DNA of 64,000 bases. Source: Rhodothermales bacterium (lineage in GTDB: Bacteria; Bacteroidota; Rhodothermia; Rhodothermales; UBA10348). Where the stretch lies: the NCBI GenBank assembly GCA_040221055.1, contig JAVJVN010000020.1:69528-133527 (forward strand), given 5' to 3'. The notes beneath the pieces are model-generated. The model was not told the DNA's origin. It was given only the letters and a program-made list of their open reading frames with translations, and made no database searches. Shown here in pieces: positions 57,600-64,000 of this stretch. Made by a program: the position numbers and the translations under genes. Every line of letters begins with the position of its first letter. Position 1 is the first letter of the stretch.

Positions 57600-58478
57600 T
57601 CAGTCAGTCCGGGTCAGTCCGAAGAACCCGGCTATCTCCGACTCGATCCCGGACGGCCAGGAATGTCCGTGTCCAAGGAGTTCGAACAGACGCACCCGCG
57701 TGCCTTCCTCACACGTTTCATACCGTCGTGCGTCCACGTCAAAATCCCCGATCTTCTCCGTGGTCCGGTCGGCACCCGCGCTGCATCCGTTGTTGTCGCG
57801 CCACGCCAGCATGGTCGCCGGCACCGACAGCAGCGAGGAAGAGCCGGCCTCCTGCCCGTCGAACGGCAACACCGTGTCCTCCGAACCATGCACCAGCAGC
57901 ATGTCCACCGGCACGTCGGCCGGACACGAGGCCGCTACCGGCCCGTTCATCATCCCGGCAATCGACGCAAAACCGGCGTAGGTCGCCGTACGCTGGCACG
58001 CCAGGTGGTGCAGGAACACGGCACCCTGCGAGTACCCGATGGCGAAAATGCGACTCCGGTCAATTTCCACCACGTCCGCCACGGCTTCAATGACCGCATC
58101 GGCAAATCCCACGTCATCCACCCCGTCCAGATCGGGGCGGATGCATCCGCAGCCCTCGGCCCAGTTCACGCCCGTAGCCGTCGGATAGGCCACCACGAAT
58201 CCGTCGTCATGGGCTTGCCGGTCCAGATCAATCTGGTCGCGGAACAGCGGACCGCTGCCGCCGGCGCCATGGAACGCGAGGACCAGCGGCACATTCGGCC
58301 GGTCGGTTACACTGGATGGAATGAACAGATGCGTCGTCCGCGTCGTGCCCTGATGCTCCACGAATATGCGCTGGAACTGGCCGCTGATGGCCGTGGCGTC
58401 ACACGATGCGAGCAGCAGGAGGAATAACGGGGTCAACAGCGCGGGACCACGACGGAAAGCGGGTAGACGGTGATTCAC
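57600..58478 (-). CDS. PHB-depolymerase-family esterase (alpha/beta hydrolase lipoprotein)
   Basis: It has the lipobox LLLASC, the oxyanion-type FHGAGGSG and the nucleophile elbow GYSQG. The start is a GTG. Confidence 0.7.
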   Translation of the reverse strand: MNHRLPAFRRGPALLTPLFLLLLASCDATAISGQFQRIFVEHQGTTRTTHLFIPSSVTDRPNVPLVLAFHGAGGSGPLFRDQIDLDRQAHDDGFVVAYPTATGVNWAEGCGCIRPDLDGVDDVGFADAVIEAVADVVEIDRSRIFAIGYSQGAVFLHHLACQRTATYAGFASIAGMMNGPVAASCPADVPVDMLLVHGSEDTVLPFDGQEAGSSSLLSVPATMLAWRDNNGCSAGADRTTEKIGDFDVDARRYETCEEGTRVRLFELLGHGHSWPSGIESEIAGFFGLTRTD

Positions 58479-58526
58479 GGGGGATTCGGGTTGATCTGCG
58501 GGGAATGCTTTACAATAGGAAACCGC

Positions 58527-60113
58527 ATGACGATTTTACAGGCCATTCGGATCCCCTGTGCATGTCCTCGTGCACCGATCCCTCGTGCTGGACCTCACCC
58601 CTCCATTCCGTCGAACCCTGAATTCGTGTCCCGAACCTCCCGGTTACCCTTCCTGCTCGCGCTCTGCGCACTGATTGGCCTCGCCCGCGTCCCGCAGGCC
58701 ACAGCCCAGACCGTGCCGGGAACGGCGTCCGGTCCGCTCTTCGTCGAAGGCCGTTTGCAGACGAACCTGTACTCCGGGGACCGCGTCGCACCGTGGATAT
58801 CCGGCCTGGATGGATTGACCGGACGTTTCGGGCCGGGCGCCGGTCTGTCCGTGGGGTACCGCCTGTCCGAACCGCTCTCGGTCGTGGGTAACCTGACCTC
58901 CGGCATATACCCGGAAATTGACCGCAATTCATTGCCCTCCAACCGTTTGGACCCTTCGACCACGTCGTCGCGCCGGAACCATCTTTCCGCCGAGGTGCGC
59001 TACACCCTGCTCCCGATCGGCCGGTTCACCCCGTTCCTGGCAGGGGGCCTGGGGACCTACTGGGGCAGGCTGAACGGTAGCCGGACCACGGCCGTCGGTC
59101 CACAGGTCGGGCTGGGTATCCAGACGCCGCTCTTCGGATGGCCGGTTTTCCTGCGTCTGGACCAGTTCGCCGCGTATCCGAACGATGGACTCGACGGGGC
59201 CGGCGCAATCTCCACGAGCCCGGATGCGGTCACGACCGTTTCCATGGGCATCGTATGGACGCGCAAACCCCGGCCGCCCCGGTTGGGAGACGTCGTGATA
59301 TCCGTACCGGCCCAGGTCCGGACGGGGGACGAAGCCCTGTTCCTCCTGTCGGCTGCCCTCGATCCCGTGTCCTACGCCGTTGCATGGGACTTCGGGGACG
59401 GGCAGCGGGCGTCCACGGCCAGCGCCGTACACCGCTACGCGTCCCCGGGGACCTATACTGTCCGAGTGACCGCGTCCACGGCCCGGGACGAAGTCATCCG
59501 CGAAATCCAGGTAACCGTGCTGCCCGTATTCGAGCGGGTATCCATCCTTTCGGTTACCGCGACACCCCGTTCGCCGCGACCGGGCGAGACCGTCACGTTT
59601 ACCCCCATACTGCGGGGGACGCCCACGACCTGCCTCTGGTCGTTCGGGGACGGGCGCACCTCGGCGTTGTGCGAGGCGGAGCACACATTCGATGCCCCGG
59701 GAACCTACCGGGTGGCCCTGCAGGTCCAAAATGAAGCCCATTCGGCCGTATCCGAACACCTTGTCACGGTCCAAGCCGACGTATGCAGTTCCCCGCCACC
59801 GTTGCACGTGGTGTTTTTCGGCCGGAACTCGTCCACCCTCTCCCTGGCCATGCGCGAACTGCTGCGGGAGAACATGGTGTCCATCGGTTCGTGCCCCGGA
59901 CTCCAGGTGGTCGTCCAGGGATATGCCCTGGCCTCCGAACAGGCGGCCGGCCGCGCCGATGATCTGGCCACGGCCCGGGCGGAAGCCGTCGTGCAGTATT
60001 ACGTCAACCTCGGCCTGGCGGCGGGTCGCGTCGAGAAGGCCGCGCCGCGCGTGCTGGGCGAAGCCGCCGAGCTCGGACGCAGCGTGGACTCGTACCTTCA
60101 GACCCGGAACTGA
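58527..60113 (+). CDS. outer-membrane protein with N-terminal beta-barrel-like region, two PKD domains and an OmpA-like C-terminal domain
   Basis: It has a signal peptide ending ATAQ and two PKD signatures (WDFGDGQ...GTYTVRVTAS; WSFGDGR...GTYRVALQVQN). The C-terminal OmpA-like pattern is VVVQGYA....A.RA.AVVQYYV..GL. The start is uncertain (ATG at 58527 or a downstream GTG). Confidence 0.7.
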   Translation: MTILQAIRIPCACPRAPIPRAGPHPSIPSNPEFVSRTSRLPFLLALCALIGLARVPQATAQTVPGTASGPLFVEGRLQTNLYSGDRVAPWISGLDGLTGRFGPGAGLSVGYRLSEPLSVVGNLTSGIYPEIDRNSLPSNRLDPSTTSSRRNHLSAEVRYTLLPIGRFTPFLAGGLGTYWGRLNGSRTTAVGPQVGLGIQTPLFGWPVFLRLDQFAAYPNDGLDGAGAISTSPDAVTTVSMGIVWTRKPRPPRLGDVVISVPAQVRTGDEALFLLSAALDPVSYAVAWDFGDGQRASTASAVHRYASPGTYTVRVTASTARDEVIREIQVTVLPVFERVSILSVTATPRSPRPGETVTFTPILRGTPTTCLWSFGDGRTSALCEAEHTFDAPGTYRVALQVQNEAHSAVSEHLVTVQADVCSSPPPLHVVFFGRNSSTLSLAMRELLRENMVSIGSCPGLQVVVQGYALASEQAAGRADDLATARAEAVVQYYVNLGLAAGRVEKAAPRVLGEAAELGRSVDSYLQTRN

Positions 60114-60125
60114 CCTCGGAGCCCT

Positions 60126-60767
60126 TTACTTTCCGTGGACAGAGAACCCCAGCGCGGCCTCGAACAGGCGGACCCAATCGCTGGCGCACCGCACGCGCAT
60201 GCGGCTTATCCGGTTGGCGCCCAGGTCCCAGAACGGGACGCCATCCACGCACCGACCGGTCGGCGCCATGCTGAGGGCAATCGCGGCCAACGGCGTGGCC
60301 CATCGGCCTGCCTTCACCCGCCCTGCCGCCGTGAACCAACCCGGTTTCTCCACCACCAGGGCCAGCAGCACGCTGTACAGGGCCTCGTTCGACATCTCAC
60401 CCCGCACACGGAGCAGGACATCCGCACGACCATAGACCAGGCGGACGGCGTCCATTTCCGCAGCGCGGTGCTCGTACCGGCCGGTGAACACGATGGCCAC
60501 GCGGCGATTGCCGCTTGAAACCAGGACATCGACTTCCTGGTCACCGTTGGGCGTGGAAACCCACGTATCCGCGGCCACCCGCACGCCCGGAGCCACCATC
60601 CGCTCCAGCCGATCGGCCAGACGCCGGCCCGGTGACGCCATGCCGAACACAAGCTTGCCAGAGCGCTTGCCGGAAAACGCGGCGGCGCGCGGGGCGCCTA
60701 CCGGCGGGCGGTCGGGTGAGCGGGTTTCGAGCCACTGGACAGTCGGGAATGCAGATACGCGGTTCAT
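60126..60767 (-). CDS. hypothetical protein
   Basis: This is the 213-aa portion of ORF 60126..61586 downstream of the DUF5686 stop, starting at the ATG at 60767. I recognise no motif. The composition is Arg/Ala-rich, so coding status is uncertain. Confidence 0.4.
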   Translation of the reverse strand: MNRVSAFPTVQWLETRSPDRPPVGAPRAAAFSGKRSGKLVFGMASPGRRLADRLERMVAPGVRVAADTWVSTPNGDQEVDVLVSSGNRRVAIVFTGRYEHRAAEMDAVRLVYGRADVLLRVRGEMSNEALYSVLLALVVEKPGWFTAAGRVKAGRWATPLAAIALSMAPTGRCVDGVPFWDLGANRISRMRVRCASDWVRLFEAALGFSVHGK

Positions 60768-60812
60768 GTCGGTCAGCCATTGTTTTGGTGATGCTGCCGA
60801 AGAGTACCGCAG

Positions 60813-60840
60813 GGGGTGTGACACCTTAATGTCACACCCC
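60813..60840. repeat. perfect 11-bp inverted repeat GGGGTGTGACA-CCTTAA-TGTCACACCCC
   Basis: Read directly from the sequence. It lies between the DUF5686 stop (60902) and the hypothetical gene start (60767). It has no adjacent U-tract, so it may be a terminator-like hairpin or a protein-binding site. Confidence 0.6.
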
Positions 60841-60901
60841 GGTAAAGCACACGATTTTTTCCTTCTACGGGGTGAGCAAAGAACAAGGGAGTGCAAATAC
60901 C

Positions 60902-63322
60902 CTATTTGAGCGGCCGCCCTATGCGCACCGAAAACCCGGTCGCGTTCGTGCCCGTTGCCACGTCCACGCGGAACGGCAGGCCGAGCGGATAGGAAATACC
61001 GGCACCGATTTCGTGGTAACGTCCGCGATAGATGTCCGAGAACGCCTCCTTGGTCGTAAAGGCATGACCACCGAAAATGTGCAGTCCCAGTCCCTGCTCG
61101 GCCAACCACCACAGACCCAACTTCTCCCAGGGGGCCGTCGTGAAGTCGTGGTACCAGAAGATGCCTGCCAGTTCGGTGGCCACGAACCGCGTGTTCTGCA
61201 GGGTCCGGAAGCCGGCATATTCCGCGAACGGGCCCGACGATCCGCCGAGCGTGAACTGCCGCTGGATGGGCAACAATCCGGTCCGCGTGCCCCCGAATGC
61301 CGTCACGCGGAGCCGGTTGGGTCGGGAGCGGGACCGGTAGAAGGTGCGCAACCCCATGGTGGCCCGGGCTTCGAAACGGGTGAACGTATAGTCCGATTTC
61401 AGGACCTGTCCCGGACTGTGTTCGACAATCAATTCCAGCGCACGCACATCCGGTTTTCCAATGGAGGCCCCGAACTCCAGGGACCGGAGGTGCCCGTCCT
61501 CTACCGCCGGATTCTCCCGCTGCTCGTTGGTGAACAACCAGCCCATGTAATCGGATCGTTTGCGCAACGAGGAATGCACCTCCCACCGCATACGCGAGGA
61601 GAGCGTCACCGGCCCCCGGAACGGTCGCACGTCCACATAGACCGACGTCCCTCTCCGGTGGTAGTAGTCATACAGGTCATCGTAACCCAGATACGTCAAC
61701 AACCCCGGCACGAACCGACCCAGATCATCCTCCCGCGCAACCACCCCGGTCGCATCGAAGGCCTCGGCGCCCACATGGCCACCCAGCACGCGACCGCCCC
61801 ATGGCATGAGCACTTCCGCATCGTACGTGACCCTTTTGCGCAGCGTGGAATATCCCACGGACCCCGTCACCTGCAGACCGAAGTCGAAGGAGCGATCCCA
61901 TCCCAACCCGGGGTGCCATCCGTCCACCCGGTTGTACCAGAACCAGTCACCGCGGGTCAACTCCCGGAACGTCGTCAACCGGGCATCCTCTTCCGCATCC
62001 GCGGCCTCCCCCTCGCGCGTAACCGGAACAGCCGTGTAGCCCGCCAGCAATCCCTCGGGTCGGAAGGCCTGCTCAAGCGTCATGGTCGGCGGAATGGCCA
62101 TCATGTCCTCCAACTCCCTGGGCGTCAACGGAATCATGGACGGATTCCGCTGGAACAGGAAGTCCTGGTTGGCCGCCAACGGATCGTACAGGACGGCAGG
62201 ACCGGCCACCAGGAAGGAGTCGGGTACGGGCGGATTCACCACCCGCAGGCTCTGGCTGGAGAACTGCTCGTACCGGGCCGGCAGATAGGCCGCTCCCACG
62301 CGCCCGAATTCCACGATGCCCGCTACGTACAACCCCAACGGCATCCACACGGAATCATTCACGGCCGAGTAGCGCTGTTCGAAATACAGATCGTGGCGCT
62401 GCACGGGCGGTGTGACGACCGTTTCCGGCAGCGGACGCAGGTTGGCCTCCAGGACCATGAACGTGGAATCGAGCACGGCCAGATGCCCGGAAAAGGCCGG
62501 CCGCGTGGCGCTCCGGGGCGACAGATAGATGTCGAACACCCGCTGGCCATCCAACTCGCGCACGCCGCCCAGCAGGAACCGGTAGATTTCCAGCGCACGG
62601 GGATGCGTCGGGCCGACGTAGGTCGTGCCGCGCAGCAGAACCTCGTCGTCCAGGAAATTCACCACCACATGTGGTTCGGCGTATTTGAACGTGCCGCTGC
62701 CCTGTGGCCGCGTACGCGTAGCCCGGACGAGTTCTCGCGCGCCGATCGCCGGGGTCCACCACGACGCGCGGACGCTCTCGGTAACCTGCACCAGATCCAG
62801 TTGGCTGTACAGCATGAATCGCGTGTACGTATCGGCATAGGCCGACGTGAACCCCTGCCGCCATCGCGCTTTTTCCTCAATGACCCGTCGCATGATGCGG
62901 TCGGCCGGATTTTCGCCCGATACGACAATTTCCTCCATGGTCACCGTGGAGGGCTTCAGGGCCACTTCAATGGCCCGGTCAGGCAACGCGCGGATATCGA
63001 TGCGCCGCGTGACGTACCCGATGAACCGGACTTCGAGTGTGAACGGCAGCCGATCGGCCATGATCAGGAATTGGCCATCCCGGTTCGTGACGACGCCCCG
63101 ACTCGTGCCCTGGATGGCCACCGTCGCCGACGGCAGCGGCGTGCCGGTGTCGGCGTCGACGACCGTGCCCGATACCCGCACCTGCGCCGCGACCTCGGCA
63201 CCGCCGAGCCACAGCCCCACCAACAACCACAGTCCTGCCAGGAGCAGAGGGCTGTTCAACGGCAAAAGCGTACCCGGGATCGGGAACGGACATCGCCCGG
63301 CTGTGTGGTCGCGTTTTTTCAT
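60902..63322 (-). CDS. carboxypeptidase-regulatory-like domain plus DUF5686 protein
   Basis: It contains VSGTVVDADTGTPLPSATVAIQGTSRGVVTNRDGQF (a CarboxypepD_reg-like motif) followed by a ~700-aa beta-rich region. I trimmed the start to the ATG at 63322 (MKKRDH). Confidence 0.8.
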   Translation of the reverse strand: MKKRDHTAGRCPFPIPGTLLPLNSPLLLAGLWLLVGLWLGGAEVAAQVRVSGTVVDADTGTPLPSATVAIQGTSRGVVTNRDGQFLIMADRLPFTLEVRFIGYVTRRIDIRALPDRAIEVALKPSTVTMEEIVVSGENPADRIMRRVIEEKARWRQGFTSAYADTYTRFMLYSQLDLVQVTESVRASWWTPAIGARELVRATRTRPQGSGTFKYAEPHVVVNFLDDEVLLRGTTYVGPTHPRALEIYRFLLGGVRELDGQRVFDIYLSPRSATRPAFSGHLAVLDSTFMVLEANLRPLPETVVTPPVQRHDLYFEQRYSAVNDSVWMPLGLYVAGIVEFGRVGAAYLPARYEQFSSQSLRVVNPPVPDSFLVAGPAVLYDPLAANQDFLFQRNPSMIPLTPRELEDMMAIPPTMTLEQAFRPEGLLAGYTAVPVTREGEAADAEEDARLTTFRELTRGDWFWYNRVDGWHPGLGWDRSFDFGLQVTGSVGYSTLRKRVTYDAEVLMPWGGRVLGGHVGAEAFDATGVVAREDDLGRFVPGLLTYLGYDDLYDYYHRRGTSVYVDVRPFRGPVTLSSRMRWEVHSSLRKRSDYMGWLFTNEQRENPAVEDGHLRSLEFGASIGKPDVRALELIVEHSPGQVLKSDYTFTRFEARATMGLRTFYRSRSRPNRLRVTAFGGTRTGLLPIQRQFTLGGSSGPFAEYAGFRTLQNTRFVATELAGIFWYHDFTTAPWEKLGLWWLAEQGLGLHIFGGHAFTTKEAFSDIYRGRYHEIGAGISYPLGLPFRVDVATGTNATGFSVRIGRPLK

Positions 63323-63428
63323 GATGCACCCGATACGGCGCTTCCGGGGTGAGGTTCTGCTCAACGGATCACCGGATGCCCTCTGATCGTAGAGGACCGC
63401 ATCTGTCCATGAACCCGGGCCTGTCCGC

Positions 63429-63701
63429 ATGTATCATTTCCTTGGAAAACAGGTGCGCGTGCACCTCTACAGCCGCGAAGGCATTGCCGTGGGCACAGTC
63501 ACCGGTCGTGTGGCCGACGTGGCGGAGGCGGTGGAGGTTGCGCCCGGCATGAAAAAGGACCTGGTCCTGGTGGTCGACATCGAAACCGGCGATCCCGAGC
63601 AACCCTATCGCAACTCCGCCGGCGCCGAGGGCGAATCCTGGTTCGCGGTCCAGGACGTCGAGGTCATCGACGAGGAAAAGCCCCGGATATTCTCGAATTG
63701 A
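63429..63701 (+). CDS. hypothetical small protein (possible Sm-like/SH3-like beta-barrel)
   Basis: It is 90 aa. The N-terminal LGKQVRVHLYSREGIAVGTVTGRVADV resembles an Sm1-type pattern, and the C-terminus is acidic. Confidence 0.45.
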   Translation: MYHFLGKQVRVHLYSREGIAVGTVTGRVADVAEAVEVAPGMKKDLVLVVDIETGDPEQPYRNSAGAEGESWFAVQDVEVIDEEKPRIFSN

Positions 63702-63735
63702 GCCCTCTGTCGCTGATTTGAGGGGCTTGCTTGAA

Positions 63736-63756
63736 ATGTAACCTGCCAGGTTACAT
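63736..63756. promoter_or_regulatory. perfect palindrome ATGTAACCTG-C-CAGGTTACAT, candidate Rrf2 operator
   Basis: It has 10-bp arms and ends 9 nt upstream of the Rrf2 start codon. Confidence 0.5.
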
Positions 63757-63764
63757 ATTCAGGT

Positions 63765-64000
63765 ATGGCCAATACCCGCTTTTCTTCCGCCGTCCACCTG
63801 CTGGTGGCCCTTGCCACCGAGGACACCCTGACCTCTGAATCCCTGGGCATTCGTCTGGATTCGCACCCCGTCGTCATCCGGCGCCTGGTGGCCGATCTGG
63901 GCGATGCCGGATTGGTGACCGCCACCCGGGGCGTGGGCGGCGGCGTCCGATTGGCCAAGGAGCCGACGGAAATCGGGCTCGGAGCCGTGGCACGGGCCGT
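63765..64000 (+). CDS. Rrf2-family transcriptional regulator (3' end lies outside the window)
   Basis: MANTRFSSAVHLLVALA...SESLGIRLDSHPVVIRRLVADLGDAGLVTATRGVGGGVRLAK is the typical Rrf2 winged-helix N-terminus. Confidence 0.85.
   Translation, partial: MANTRFSSAVHLLVALATEDTLTSESLGIRLDSHPVVIRRLVADLGDAGLVTATRGVGGGVRLAKEPTEIGLGAVARA

Noticed and set aside
1-64000. CRISPR arrays, IS elements, prophage or defence islands.
   Set aside because: I noticed no regularly spaced direct repeats, transposase, integrase or recombinase motifs, restriction-modification or defence-type domains. The window is almost entirely housekeeping and envelope genes with tight spacing.

Overview
This is a GC-rich chromosomal core segment. 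Its gene content looks like a Bacteroidota/Rhodothermota-type bacterium: a Bat aerotolerance-type operon, DUF5683, DUF5686, DUF5916, DUF3098, and Lpt and Mla envelope systems. I can support about 66 protein genes, one tRNA-Ala(GGC), two strong intrinsic terminators and a few regulatory palindromes. I saw no rRNA, CRISPR array, transposase, integrase or obvious island. Gene order is: citrate synthase (3' part) and sdhCAB; purQ; DUF58-batABCDE; tdk; DUF445/HD/mlaDFE; radA; rpiA plus two MacB/FtsX-type permeases; an orphan DUF5989 micro-protein; GNAT and a UvrD-like helicase; parAB and DUF5683; a serine-palmitoyltransferase-like oxoamine synthase coupled to an acyltransferase-fold protein and a HAD hydrolase; a ~1 kb non-coding gap; rhomboid plus an ECF-like sigma factor; USP; DsbD; rpsF-rpsR-rplI; prfA; glmS, DAHP synthase, tyrS, lptB, an OstA-like gene, lptC and a B3/4-domain gene as one tightly coupled minus-strand chain; a STAS/kinase/receiver-PP2C partner-switching module; a class V aminotransferase; ndk and NamZ-like DUF1343; DUF3098; mreD; tRNA-Ala; a pentapeptide-repeat protein; a MoeZ-like gene, CBM9/DUF5916 and a lipoprotein; an esterase; a PKD/OmpA protein; DUF5686; and an Rrf2 regulator at the right edge. 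Many long ORFs in the six-frame track are high-GC shadow frames or 5' over-extensions, so I trimmed starts where operon overlaps or signal peptides supported it. The most interesting signal is in the only large non-coding gap. A near-consensus sigma70-type promoter (TTGACT-17 nt-TATAAT, minus strand) drives a ~630-nt region with no credible ORF. That region is packed with UUCG/GNRA-capped hairpins, is closed by a 13-bp long-range helix, and ends at a strong bidirectional intrinsic terminator. I read this as a candidate large orphan structured RNA that does not look like RNase P, tmRNA, SRP or 6S RNA. All functional calls rest on motif recognition by eye; I ran no database search.
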